From Haliotis cracherodii (lineage: Eukaryota), in the NCBI RefSeq assembly GCF_022045235.1, contig NW_027266330.1:33790001-33854000 (forward strand): a stretch of DNA of 64,000 bases, read 5' to 3'. The position numbers and the translations under genes are program-made. Of the stretch, positions 13,200-25,778 are shown in pieces; position 1 is the stretch's first letter; each line of letters opens with the position of its first letter. The notes below the pieces were generated by a model. The model saw nothing but the letters and a program-made list of their open reading frames with translations. It was not told where the DNA came from and searched no databases.

Positions 13200-13476
13200 G
13201 TGAGTGAGTGAGTTGGGTTTAACGCCGCTTTTAACAGTATTCCAGTTATATCACGGCGTGTCAGCTTAAAGTGGGAGGAAAGCCCGAAGTGATGCAGGTC
13301 TCAGACGTTTACCACTTCGGTGAAACCCACGAGCACGGGTATGGTGCTCACAAACCTAGAAACATGATCGGGTCGAACCGGGATTCGAACCCACAATCAT
13401 AGGATTATGGCGTGCCCAAGGGACGCAACTCTGCACAGTGAATCGCGGCGCCTCGGAAGACTGACACCCGTGCCCA
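13200..13476 (-). mobile_element. Family A SINE, full length
   Basis: (GTGA)n tail through GGATTCGAACCC to the head at CCCGTGCCC. Confidence 0.88.
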
Positions 13477-14164
13477 CTATTCCCTATGGTTGGTCAGGAG
13501 ATTCTTGTAAACTGTACAACTTGATTTGGGCTTTTGTGAAGGTTGACTTAACATTGGCTTTTTGTTGTTTTAGTTTCAAAATGTGCTCACATTTTAACAG
13601 AGACCCGTTTGTTTCTCTTGCCTTCCTTCCGCATATACGACATAATCAATTGGACTTACCGCTTGCTTCCATATGGGAATGAGGCAATTCTTATTCCCAA
13701 TTAAATAAACAAGTCAAAAAGATCATGTCGGATATTTAATTATAATGAGGTTAACAAAAAGGACAGAAACGCTAACCTTCTTTACAAAACTGCAAATAAT
13801 CCGCCAACAGAACACGTTGTCTGTATATTCAACGAAAGAGTGAATAATTGACCACTTTCCTTTATAAAGTAGATTTAACTTCCCGATAATGCAAAAGCAA
13901 TCTCCTGACAAAAGTTCTCAGAACGTCTTCGTCACACAACGAATAAATGTCAACTCAAATGTAACGCTGTTCAACGTAGTGGTCTGTCACATACAGAACA
14001 TGAAAACCACGAGATTTACAAAAAAAGAACATGCGCAAGTAGTACAGCAACGGGTGTGTTTGGGCGAGCATTTCGAAGTTAATCGAGTGTATTTGGACGA
14101 GTTATACCAAAACAAACCGAAAACAACTGTTTCCTTCTGCCAACTGTCAATGGATGCCAACAGT

Positions 14165-14690
14165 CGGTAAGATCCATGTGAAAACTAAATGGCAGCAGAT
14201 ATGGGCATCATCCTTAAAAGGACGTCATCTCTATGCCATCGAGCCTTTTTTAAACACATTCGAAATATCTCGAAACAATCCGAGAGAGGAGGTTCTATTA
14301 ACCAGACTTAGTCTTGGGCATTGTGGTCTTGGTGCTTATCTCAGTGTTGTTAATAAAGACATTTCTGAACACTGTCAAGCTGCTCACACACACTGTACAA
14401 TGTGGCTCATATATATTTACTTCATTGCCAAAACTATGTAACTCAGCGTAAGGCAATGGTGGAGTCTCTAACAGTTCTCAATATTGATCTCACATTGGCT
14501 GGACTTTTATGTTCTAGGATTATCGTTCTCCATGACGTTAAAAATGTCATTCTTGCTTACATTGAAGCGTGTGGCAGTTCATTACTCTATGAACTATCTA
14601 GGTACTTAGCAAACCTTTATTATGGGCAAGGTGTAAATGGGCCTAGTTGCTCGAACACTTATAAAGCTTTTTGATAATCAATCAGTCAGT
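14165..14690 (+). mobile_element. 3' end of an I/Nimb-clade LINE (ORF2 C-terminus and tail)
   Basis: WQQIW..KGRHLYAIEP..REEVLLTRLSLGHCGL..HCQ..HIYLLHC zinc-knuckle region, followed by a short UTR and ATCAATCAGTCA tail. Confidence 0.7.
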
Positions 14691-15009
14691 GGCTGCCAAA
14701 CTGGGAATGAACTGGAGTATGACTGAACAGCCGCTTTTCAGGCTGCAGACAAGGCGGCATTTTAACACGGGGATTTCAAGATACCAAAGCAATTCGACGC
14801 CAGCATATGAAACAAGTGGTACGTGTATGTGTTGCTTAATTGTGGGTGTTTTGGTATGAATTGCATCATGTTTGGTAAGTTGTTGTTTCTAGTTCCTGTG
14901 CTGTGACTCCAGTGAAGTCGGCACATTGTGAGTTTTCGTGGCCTTTCGAAGGGAGTGTTTTCTGATGGCCTTTCAAATCCCCTCCTGACAAATCCTAACG
15001 TTTTGGTTT

Positions 15010-15235
15010 CTTTGCTTGTTTATCTGTTGTTTAACGCCGCACTCAGCAATATTCCAGCTATTTGATGGCGGTCGATGATGGACCACAATCCAGTGATTGA
15101 TATCATGAGCACTGATCCACGCAGTTGGAATACAATGACATGCATCAACCAAGTCAGCGAGTCTCACCACCCGCGGCCGATCCCGTTAGTCGCCTTTTTC
15201 GGCAAGCATGGGTTGCTGAAGTTGGTAATTCACGG
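15010..15235 (-). mobile_element. Family B retroposon, degenerate
   Basis: TTAACGCCGCACTCAGCAATATTCCAGCTA tail and ACCAAGTCAGCGAG..ATCCCGTTAGTCGCC body. Confidence 0.75.
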
Positions 15236-15430
15236 AGATGGCGCAAGAAGGTTTGTAAACAAGATATTGTCTTGAATAAAGTTTTTTAAAACACTTTTTA
15301 TTTTATTTTACTTTCATTAGGCCTATCATTTATTTCAAAGGGAAAATTACCTGTTCGCGACTGAATGTCCCTAACGGTTTCATAAACGTTATCATTTGTA
15401 TGCAAAAGATATGCCTTCGTTAAGTCTTGT

Positions 15431-15678
15431 TTGTCTGTTTGTTTGTTGCTTAACGCCACCCTCGGGAATATTCCAGTTATATGATGGCGATCTGTAAATA
15501 ATCGAGTCTAGACCAGACAATTCAGTGATTGAAACCGTGAGCATCGATCCACCAATTGGGATCGATGACATGCTTCAACCAAGTCAGCGAGCCTGACCAT
15601 CCGATCCCGTTAGTCGCCTCTTACGACAAGCATAGTCGGTTGCTGAAGACCTATTCTATCCCCGGATCTTGACGGGTC
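15431..15678 (-). mobile_element. Family B retroposon, full length
   Basis: Perfect 12-bp target duplication GTTAAGTCTTGT at 15419-15430 and 15679-15690. Confidence 0.9.
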
Positions 15679-15764
15679 GTTAAGTCTTGTAATCTCATCG
15701 AAGCAGTCAGGGTTACGGCCTTTAAGGCCAACATTGTCGCTAAAAACATCCCTTATCAAGCGTA

Positions 15765-15877
15765 CCGTATTTCCTCTATTAGACTCTCGGACTATTAAAT
15801 TTCGTCAACCCGGCGTGTGTCAGAGCCCTATCTTGTATTAGAGACCAAGCGCCTAAATGGAGGAAATATCGATACGG
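15765..15877. mobile_element. Small pogo/Tigger-like MITE
   Basis: TA-CCGTATTTCCTCTATT ... AATGGAGGAAATATCGATACGG-TA imperfect inverted ends. Confidence 0.5.
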
Positions 15878-16819
15878 TACACAGTTAACGTTCTTATTGG
15901 TGATCGGCAGCCATTTGTTTATGGATCGATATGAAGGCTATCGATGTTTTCAAACTCACCGTATTTGTGTGAAAAGACAGGTTTCTGTTGCAAAAGGAAC
16001 CTTTTTTAACCAATCAGAATCAAGCATTCTTCAATGTCATGGTAGAATGTTTATTACACAGTAACAACTTTTGAATTCGTATTAATAGGGACGTAAATTG
16101 GAAATTTGACATACGTCAAAATTACACCGTAATTAATCAATAACCTACATCTTGAATACTATTAATGGATTCAGAACTACACATGAACGATTCTATGCAG
16201 TGCAGTTAGCACAGGATAACAACTGTCGTGAATCAGCTTCTTAGTCTGCCTTGGTTTAATCTGAGGCCATTGCGCCGGTCAAGGAGCTGTATAGATTCTC
16301 TCATCTTTGCAATACAATTTGTGGTTTTAACAGCACCGACAGTGTGCATGGAAGCAGTCTCGACGTGCTTGTTGTTTCACGCTACACCCAGCAACATTCC
16401 AGCAACATTCCAGCAATATTATCGAGTCTGGACCAGAAAATCCATTGAATGATATCATGAGCATCGATCTGCCGTAACTGCGTTTGGGGCGTCAAGGGAC
16501 CCTACAACAGCGTATTGCAGTTCCGTGTCGTCATGGTCAGTTAAGCCATAACTCTGCAACGTGGAGTGGGGGGTCCGACTACCGTTACTGCTACTTATCC
16601 CATAGACATTCATGTACGGGTAAACAAACATACAAGGACTAAGGCAACGCAAGGTTTCATACTCACAAACCCTTACTACACCTAGTCCATCCATCAATAA
16701 ACGACAGAGTCAGACCAGCCAGCCAGACTCGTCACTGAGTCGGGAACTTAGAACAATCGAGGTTCTCTCCTAATGTTGACGGCGTCATTTGGGTGGGGTT
16801 TTTTGGGTGTAAAATAATA

Positions 16820-17990
16820 ACATGAAGTATGTGACAGCAAGACCCACAGTAAACTATAGCACTTCAGTGGATCATGAAATGCGTGACCTAAAGACCTAAA
16901 GTAAACTATAGCACTTCAGTGGATCATGAAATACGTGACAGCAAGACCTACAGTAAACCCTAGCACTTCAGTGGTTCAATAAATGTGTGGCAGTCTGGTC
17001 TTCGGTAAACTTTTGCACTTCAGTAGATCATGAAATACGTGACATCCTGACCTTCAGTAAACTAAAGCTCTTCAGTAGATCATGAAGTGCGTCGCAGCCT
17101 GACCTTCAGTTAAATAAAGCTCTTCAGTAGATCATGAAATACGTGACATCCTGACCTTCAGTAAACTATAGCTCTTCAGTGGATCATGAAATACGTGACA
17201 GCCTGGCCTTCAGTAAACTATACCACATCAGTGGATCATGAAATACATGACAGCCTGGCCTTCAATAAACTATAGCTCTTCAGTGGATCATGAAATACGT
17301 GGCAGCCTGGCCTTCAGTAAACTATACCACATCAGTGGATCATGAAATACGTGGCAGCTTGGCCTTCAGTAAACTATAGCTCTTCAGTGGATAATGAAGT
17401 ACGTGGCAGCCTGACCTTCAGTAAACTATAGCTCTTCAGTGGATCATGAAATACATGGCAGCCTGGCCTTCAGTAAACTATACCACATCAATGGATCATG
17501 AAATACGTGGCAGCCTGGCCTTCAGTAAACTATATCTCTTCAGTGGATCATGAAATACGTGGCAGCCTGGCCTTCAGTAAACTATACCACATCAGTGGAT
17601 CATGAAATACGTTGCAGCCTGACCTTCAGTAAACTATAGCTCTTCAGTGGATCATGAAATACGCGGCAGCCTGGCCTTCAGTAAACTATACCACATCAAT
17701 GGATCATGAAATACGTGGCAGCCTGACCTTCAGTAAACTATACCACATCAGTGGATCATGAAATACGTGGCAGCCTGGCCTTCAGTAAACTATACCACAT
17801 CAATGGATCATGAAATACGTGACAGCCTGGCCTTCAGTAAACTATACCACATCAGTGGATTATGAAATACGTGGCAGCCTGACCTTCAGTAAACTATAGC
17901 TCTTCAGTGGATCATGAAATACGTGGCAGCCTGGCCTTCAGTAAACTATACCACATCAGTGGATCATGAAATACGTTGCAGCCTGGCCTT
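16820..17990 (+). repeat. 52-bp minisatellite, ~22 copies
   Basis: Unit CAGTAAACTATAGCTCTTCAGTGGATCATGAAATACGTGGCAGCCTGGCCTT; two interspersed variants (TAGCTCTT / TACCACAT). Confidence 0.95.
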
Positions 17991-18309
17991 AAATACACGT
18001 TATTGTGATAGTAAAGGTAGAATTAAAACGTGTATCCATAAAGTTCAATAATACGTATTTGGTTCAGTACACAGCGTAGGCCAAAATTGTGCTCCCAAAG
18101 TTTGCAGTAAAAAATGAACTTCTAACTTCTAACAGTAATGATTTTACTTGGACAAGTGAAATGTTTGTTTATATTAAACAGAGGCCAGATTGCCATTCAC
18201 TCGATGCCTCTAAGTTGCACACAGTTTCAGTAACACATCACTTCAAGTCGTGATACGTTCTAACATCGGCACGTCAAAATCGGTAGTTATATTATAAGTG
18301 TAACGCTAT

Positions 18310-18418
18310 TTTTCAGGGCATTATCATTTGCAGAAGCCCCGGGTCTTCCATTAACTGCCCGACGAAGAAGGGCAGTTGAAATGACCGAGGGCTTCTGCAA
18401 ATGATAATGCCCTGAAAA
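18310..18418. repeat. Long imperfect palindrome, probably part of a non-autonomous DNA element
   Basis: TTTCAGGGCATTATCATTTGCAGAAGCCC...GGGCTTCTGCAAATGATAATGCCCTGAAA arms with inner AACTGCCC/GGGCAGTT. Confidence 0.85.
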
Positions 18419-18913
18419 AAAGCGTTACCGTTATTATAGCTAAAATGGATGGAATTTGTTATCAAATAAAAAGAAACAACAATATCGGTTTTGAAACATT
18501 TACTGAAATCAACACGAATGTCACGAAAACCCACTTTTACAAATAGGGAAACAAACCAGATGACGTCACTATTGAACGTGACGTCACGTATCCCTATCCT
18601 ATGACATCACCTAACAACGGGCGTGATAATGGCCGTCGTCAAGTAATATGAGGGCATTATCAAGTTACACTGGCCCGCTCATTTCTGATAACATGCGGGC
18701 GTTTTAATGATAATTCTATCCATTTAAGCAATAAGATACAATGAACTATATTTGTTCTGACTGCATATGACATCAATATGTTTTTTACAGGAAGTAGGAT
18801 TCATGAAATAGCATGCGGCACAATGTTCATGGGCTAAATGGATAATATTATATAAGCATTAAATTAGCTATACAAGTGTGATAAACGGTTCAATTAGTGA
18901 CCGCAGCGTAGTT

Positions 18914-19767
18914 CTATTTCTTTTTCATTTCATCGATTCTCATTGAAATGTTGTTCCCCGATAAGGGATCTGAAGACACAAACAGTGACTTGAAGTCCCC
19001 AGAATCAACTCGGGCGAAGAGACGCATGAACGGGTCACTGCCAATCCAACATGGTGTGACAACAGACAGGAGTTTTGACTCACTCCCCTCCCCTATAATC
19101 ACCGTCAGGTGGGTTGACAGTTCTCCAAGCCCCATGTGCATCCTAGTCATATGGTTTCCGCTCTTCACCTTCAGTTCTAATTCGCTATCGGTAACAGCTA
19201 CAGCAACAGTATCAATGTCGAGGCCAGTTGTTTCCTGTCCGTCTTCAGGACTCGTCAAGTAAAACTTGGGTTGAGCATACACTGGATGGTAAGGAAAAAG
19301 TCGAAAATGACCGTCTTGGTAGAATATCAGCTTCGGTGACATTTGTCCAAAATTTGGTGCAGGAACTGAAACGATAAGGACTGAAACTTCAGCGTCCTTG
19401 CCGTCCATCACAACCCACATATTCTTTCCTCGGCCAGAAAAACCTTCAATAAGGACAGTTGGTCGTGATTCTGTAAAATCGGGTGTGGTGCTTAGGGCAA
19501 AGCTTGGATGCACTGGAGCGGTGATGGTTGTTCTATGTAGTGTAGATACATGAAGAATGTTCGTGTCTCTCGAAGTGACAAGGAATTTGGCCATCTCTTC
19601 CTGGCAGACAAACGTGGTGGCTCGGCGGAGAGAAATCACTTTAGAACCACCCTGGAATACAACAGTCTCTGATCGAACAGGAACTGCAGCTGTAGTTGTT
19701 ACTGAAGACACTGTTGGAGTCATGGTTGTCGTGGCATCAGTTCTTGTAGGAATGTTTGCTGATGTGT
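18914..19767 (-). CDS. Secreted protein, exon 2: Thr-rich linker and uncharacterised C-terminal domain
   Basis: Acceptor TTGCAG|AC at 19768/19767 matches the phase of exon 1 and joins the 269-aa ORF, giving ~470 aa. Confidence 0.7.
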
Positions 19768-20229
19768 CTGCAATTCAAAATCAGACTAGATTATATTGTG
19801 AAAAATAATTGCTACATGAAACCGTTATACCGGGGCTCGTTTTGTTAATAGTTTTCCGAATCCAGATATCATGTATTGCCCATCAAATAATGGTTATACC
19901 CCGAATTGTCATAGTTCAATACAACAGTGCTTATCCGTAATGTTTACGTAGTGATACAGTTTTATCTTGCCATTGACGTCGAATTTAGAAGCGTGTGCAA
20001 GTTATTGTATCTTATGGCCGACGTTATTGACATGAGAGTGAGAGCTGCAGTGGCATCGCGAAGCATGAGCATTATGTAGCATACCTAACCGAGTAAAAGG
20101 AGAGTAATACGAATAGAGAACTACCTGATATATTGTCAAACTACCATCATTTTGTTGTGTTTTGTTGTTTGTAATGTTTGTTGTTTAACCGCGACCTCAG
20201 CAATATCACAGTTATATGATAGCGGCCTG

Positions 20230-21197
20230 CTTGTGATGACACGCAAGATGGGACCATAGCAGGATATTGTGACAAGCAAGATGGGACCATAGCAGGATGT
20301 TGTGACAAGCAAGATGTTGTGACATGCAATATGAGACCGTAGCAGGATGTTGTAACACGCAAGATGAGACCGTAGCAGGATGTTGTGACAAGCAAGATAG
20401 GACCGTAGCAGGATGTTGTAACACGCAAGATGAGACCATAGCAGGATGTTGTAACACGCAAGATGAGACCGTAGCAGGATGTTGTGACCCGCAAGATGAG
20501 ACCATAGCAGGATGTTGTAACACGCAAGATGAGACCGTAGCTGGATGTTGTGACATGCAATATAGGACCGTAGCAGGATGTTGTAACACGCAAGATGAGA
20601 CCATAGCAGGATGTTTATGACATGCAAGATGAGACCATAGCAGGATGTTGTGACAAGCAAGATGAGACCGTAGCAGGATGTTGTGACACGCAAGATGGGA
20701 CCGTAGCAGGATGTTTATGACAAGCAAGATGAGACCGTAGCAGGATGTTCTGACACGCAAGATGGGACCGTAGCAGAATGTTGTGACATGCAAAATGAGA
20801 CCATAGCAGGATGTTGTGACACATAAGATAGGACCGTAGCAGAATGTTGTGACATGCAAGATGGGACCATAGCAGGATGTTTATGACATGCAAGATGAGA
20901 CCATAGCAGGATGTTGTGACAAGCAAGATGAGACCGTAGCAGGATGTTGTGACAAGCAAGATGAGACCATAGCAGGATGTTGTGACAAGCAAGATGAGAC
21001 CATAGCAGGATGTTTATGACTAGCAAAATGAGACCGTAGCAGGATGTTGTGACAAGCAAGATGAGACCGTAGCAGGATGTTGTGACACGCAAGATGGGAC
21101 CGTAGCTGGATGTTTATGACAAGCAAGATGAAACCGTAGCAGGATGTTGTGACAAGCAAGATGAGACCGTAGCAGGACGTTGTGACATGCAAGATGG
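20230..21197 (+). repeat. 33-bp intronic minisatellite (~29 copies, some 34-bp variants)
   Basis: Unit GCAAGATGAGACCGTAGCAGGATGTTGTGACAC. Confidence 0.95.
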
Positions 21198-21525
21198 AGA
21201 CGGCTGCTGCTGACTTGTGGTACATAAGTCACTACTATTATTTTTATCAAACTGACCTTGTCGAAAGCTACTATACTTTGATAATATCTAACTAGTGGAG
21301 GACATGGTTTCAAATGTATCGATACGGATCCCGTTAAGGTTAAAAAAGGAGTCCTCGCTTTGGACATAGGCGTCACATTAAATCCTGGGATTCAGTAAGT
21401 TTCACTTCCAATATTAGCTCTTAACAAGAGCGGCGATATCTGGTGTCTAATAAAAGATTGACAGGGCCTTTGATCTCGCCTCGATAAAGCAGTAATCGAA
21501 TAAGTATTTGATGCATATAACTCAC

Positions 21526-22084
21526 CTTTGAGACGACATGGGTGAGACGCAAACTGTGTGGTCACAGTCGTTTCTGTCTCTTTACATAGAGTGTTGTCCT
21601 TGGAGACTTTGCGGCTGAACTCCAGATTCAGGTAGTCAAGCTCCACGCCGTATTGGTCTGTGGAAGGAGCTCTTATGACCAAAGTCAACCTTCCAACGTC
21701 TATGGTCCATTTCTCCCCGACGGTGGAGCTTTTGTGAAATAAATTCCAATCACTGCCAAACTTCGTCTCGTTGTTCGTGATAACGCTACCGATCGTCTTT
21801 CCGTCAGCTATAAATGAGATATTGTCGCTTGCTCCATCATTTGAATAAGCTAGTTGTTTGATAGACACCATCTGTTTCCGAGTAATGCACAAGTCGATGT
21901 GTAAAGTCTCTCCTTCATACAGCAACACTGTCTTCTCATTAGACGCGTTAGAACGAGGTTTTATGCGACAACTGGGATACTTTTGAGCTGCTGCAATTTC
22001 ATCCAACTCCAGAGTCAAGATGTCAATCCCAGCAATGCGGAAGACAAGCCACGTCAATAACAGAAATACTGTCTTCATACACAT
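21526..22084 (-). CDS. Secreted protein, exon 1: signal peptide and CBM6/CBM35-like jelly-roll domain
   Basis: MCMKTVFLLLTWLVFRIAG signal; RSNASNEKTVLL, YSNDGASDNI..DG, WNLF, GVELDYL pattern; donor AAG|GTGAGT at 21526/21525 (phase 1). Confidence 0.7.
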
Positions 22085-22601
22085 GATCCTATAACAACTA
22101 TTACTTTGACCAGTATATGGACTTTTACATCTGTCTGGTTGTTTCCACCCAATCCTATTTCCAAGTCCTTTCTCTTATGAAGACCCTTACTACGTCAATT
22201 TTACGGCTTGTGACGGTCGGAATTCTCGTCCTGTGAATGTAACTGTTTACAATATTACAAGATACAGAAAGTAGGTTGTATCCTTGTCTGCTTAAGGACA
22301 CGTTGCATAACATCCTATTCAGGCATACCAAGCATCGCTTGCTTCAAGTCTATATTTCCCGCCTTCCTGCTGAAGGTGAACCGCAGATCCGGCTCACGAC
22401 GCCAGTCACGATTGTAGAAACTCGATATATTGAAACATTGTCTTGATGGTTCACAGCTCATCAGATTAAAAGTATAATCCTGATAATCCACGATTTTTCT
22501 CATCAGAAGGAAATTTTGACATTTTGACATTTTTGCATTTTGTACAAACGAACTCCAAGGAGTGCTTTACATTTACTTTAACTGTCAGTGAGAAACAAAT
22601 G

Positions 22602-22876
22602 NNNNNNNNNNNNNNNNNNNNNNNNNNNNNNNNNNNNNNNNNNNNNNNNNNNNNNNNNNNNNNNNNNNNNNNNNNNNNNNNNNNNNNNNNNNNNNNNNNN
22701 NNNNNNNNNNNNNNNNNNNNNNNNNNNNNNNNNNNNNNNNNNNNNNNNNNNNNNNNNNNNNNNNNNNNNNNNNNNNNNNNNNNNNNNNNNNNNNNNNNNN
22801 NNNNNNNNNNNNNNNNNNNNNNNNNNNNNNNNNNNNNNNNNNNNNNNNNNNNNNNNNNNNNNNNNNNNNNNNNNNN
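22602..22876. other. Assembly gap (275 N)
   Basis: Run of N. Confidence 1.
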
Positions 22877-23100
22877 GTGTGGTGCGGTGTGGTGGTGTGT
22901 GGTAGTGTGGTGTGGAGTGGGATGGGTGGGTTGTGGTGTGGTGTGGTGTGGTGTGGTGTGGTGTGGTGTGGTGTGGTGTGATTGGATAAGATGTGATGGG
23001 GTGGTCCGAGGTGTGGAGGGGTTGGATGAGGTGTGGTGGGATGGGGTGGGATGTGTTGGGGTGGAGTGTGTTGGGGTGTGGTGTGGTGTGGTGTGGTGTG
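22877..23100 (+). repeat. (GTGTG)n degenerate pentanucleotide microsatellite
   Basis: Directly visible; abuts the gap. Confidence 0.95.
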
Positions 23101-23639
23101 ATATAGCTAAAATCCAAAGGAAAACACAAACTACTATTGCCATCAACAAAGACAGCGACATAACAATTTCCGAGTTTGTAGGATGTTATGAATTGTACAG
23201 ATTCGATGTCCTGGGAGGATTTTTTTTCTGTTTTAATAAGGGTAATATTTGAAATAAGGAAGGAAGGTTAGTCATATTCAGTGTAGCTGGAGGTAAGAAT
23301 ATGCTGGCCCCTAAAGGGGTCTGTCATATAAGAAAACAGAAATTGTTTACACATGAATACTTTTCACCCATAATGCAACAGGTAGAATCAAAAATCTATT
23401 TTAGACTTAAATTACCATATATGCCCTTGCATTACATTTCTTAGATTTATTCCAGTTGCCGAATACAAGGTGTGCAACTATGTCCAACTCGTTTGATGAA
23501 TGATGACCATATTCAACATAATAATCAAGGCGCGAACCGTTTACTGAATGTCATGGCCCTTAGAAGGCAAATATCACGACACATCATTCTCCTCCATTGT
23601 TCATGTTAGTTGATTCCATACGTTTCATAATTCATGTCT

Positions 23640-23825
23640 CCTCATGAAGATCCGGGATGGAATTAATCTTCATCAACCCATGCTTGCCGTGAAAGGCGAC
23701 TATGCTTGCCGTAAGTGGCGACTAACGGGGCCGGGTGGTTAGGCTCGTTGACTCGGTAGATGCATGTCATGGTATCCCAATTGCGTAGATCGATGATCAT
23801 GATGTCAGTCACTGGATTGTCAGAT
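23640..23825 (+). mobile_element. Family B retroposon, diverged and 3'-truncated
   Basis: TGAAGATCCGGG...CAACCCATGCTTGCC..GGCGACTAACGGG body. Confidence 0.75.
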
Positions 23826-23959
23826 CAAATATACTTCATGTCACCTTTAAGAAAGAGAGTTATTTCTTACAGCTGGACGATTTGTGATTGATCTTAATCA
23901 CATGTACAGACTGCGGTAATGTCGAGCCTGATACTAACCGATCTGAAGCACGCCATTCG

Positions 23960-24218
23960 AGTGAGTGAGTGAGTTCTGTTTAACGCCGCTTTTAACAGTA
24001 TTCCAGTTATATCGCGGCGTGACAGTTTAATGTGGGAGAAAAGCCCGAAGTGATGCAGGTCTTAGACGTTTACCACTTCGGTGAAACCCACGAGCACGGG
24101 TATGGTGCTGACAAATCTAGAAACAGAATCGGGGCAAACCAGGATTCGAACCCACAATCATAGGTTTCTGGCGTGCCCAAGGTACACAACTCTGCACAGA
24201 GAATTACGGCGCCTTAGA
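23960..24218 (-). mobile_element. Family A SINE
   Basis: Same body and (GTGA)n tail as 3606-3880. Confidence 0.85.
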
Positions 24219-24283
24219 TGTATGTAAACCTAAATATTTACGTATGACTTCGTTCTCATATTGATGAGTGTTTTAAGGACCAC

Positions 24284-24551
24284 GACGGAAGCGTAGTAGG
24301 GCCACGGTGAACATTATTTTTGTCTAGAAATCTCCTACGTAGGTCTTAGTATTTTCTATGTAGGACTTAGTATCTCCTACATAGCACTTACTATCTCCTA
24401 CGTAGGACTTATTATCTATTACGTAGGACTTAGTATCTCCTCCGTAGGAGATAGTGATTCTAGGTCATACTAAGTCCTACGTAAGAGATAGTAAGTCCTA
24501 TGGAGACACTTAGACAAAATAAAATCACCTTGGCCCTACTACGCTTCCATA
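24284..24551. mobile_element. Non-autonomous TIR element, IS3EU-like
   Basis: TIR (G)ACGGAAGCGTAGTAGGGCCA / TGGCCCTACTACGCTTCCATA; 6-bp duplication GACCAC at 24278-24283 and 24552-24557; internal ~21-bp TATCTCCTACGTAGGACTTAG repeats. TAYGG termini with a 6-bp TSD fit IS3EU. Confidence 0.7.
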
Positions 24552-25500
24552 GACCACTAATACAGCTGATCAGTTCATGCGGGAAAACAGTATAGTCAGC
24601 TGGCCGCAAAGGATGACAGAAAAATTAGGAAACTATTGCAATGGAAGAGTAATTCAGTGGGCAATACTAGGAATTTGCTTGCATGAAATATATAACCCGC
24701 GGTCCAGGTGTATATTTTGTCGCCTCTTACGACTAGCAATGGGGTGCTGGGGACACATTCTACCCCGGGTCCACACGCGGCGTCTAATGTGTGAATGATA
24801 TAACCTCAGTTTAGTTGGGAGAAATGGGCACGGAGGGCCTTTACCCAGAATATGTCTCTTGGATAATAAAGATTCGACAAACATGCCTGAATAAAGTTTT
24901 ATAGACTAAAGTCGCTTGGACTGCGCAAGAAAATTCTAGACTTCCCGAAAATTCAGGTACATTTGTACTTCAGAGTATCTGGACTCACAACAATGAAACG
25001 CTACTTGACCAAACGAGTAATTTATGAAAAAGGTACTCGATGGTTGACTAGATAACCCCTAGAAAATTGTTTTTCAAGGATTACTAGAAAGAAGGGTATA
25101 AATAATAACACCATAGCCAATGCGTGTAGTCCAGTAACACCAGTGTAAGTCAGTACAAGATCAAGATTGCCCCATAGTTACTTACCTGCGAAACTAAGTT
25201 TCGACCTGACCACCTGACTCGAGATAACAAGCGGATGCCGAACACCTTCACACTGACACCAAGACCCTATAACCTGGCTGGAAATTGTACACAGAGCACA
25301 TGTTGAACGAAGGTCCAATTCCTTCCGATTGTCTTGAAGAAACGTGCCAAGTCTCCCAGTATTAAAGTCAACATTGATAGCATCATCGGGTGTGACCTGC
25401 CACCCCTACTGAGAGAAGCGCCCTACAATCCTAGTGAGTGACGTCACCCGGCTATTATCGACGCGGAAGTATAAATACTTTAAATGTTCACGCAGCAAGC

Positions 25501-25597
25501 GGGCGGGCTCCAGTCATGTGGTTACTTCGTTTACTGAAACACTCTTTCGATGGAATGGGTTCGTACCTTGTGCCACGGACGCCATCCAGCCTCTTTT
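25501..25597 (+). ncRNA. Vault RNA-like Pol III gene, copy 1
   Basis: GGGCGGGCTCCAGTCATGTGGTTACTTCG...GGGTTCGTACC (B box)...CCACGGACGCCATCCAGCC-TCTTTT; TATAAATA at 25470-25477; TGACGTCA at 25439-25446. The terminal stem has one mismatch (GGCGGG vs CCAGCC). Confidence 0.8.
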
Positions 25598-25778
25598 GTA
25601 ATTTTCTTTTTGAAAGTTTTTGCATAATAACATTTTCCAGGCAACCCACCTGTAATGGTGACGGGTGTTATTTACTTTCATGTCATGCATGGTTAATACT
25701 TAAATAACATGTGAAAGTGATTAAAACACTTTTTGTTAAAAACACCTGAGCAATGAATGTATATATAATTATATATAT

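Larger units (their letters stand above)
8034..13329 (+). repeat. ~2.6 kb tandem segmental duplication (8034-10650 and 10649-13329)
   Basis: Collinear high-identity sequence; both units begin CATCGAAAGAATT and end inside the same family A SINE. Confidence 0.9.

Noticed and set aside
16820-17990. Regular repeat array superficially like CRISPR
   Set aside because: Head-to-tail units without unique spacers, no cas genes, eukaryotic context; the same applies to the 33-, 46-, 59- and 81-bp arrays.
20136-21225. Multiple Cys-rich ORFs
   Set aside because: Translations of the intronic 33-bp repeat with frame-shifting 34-bp variants.
22466-23252. ORFs spanning the N run
   Set aside because: Artefacts of the gap and the (GTGTG)n microsatellite.
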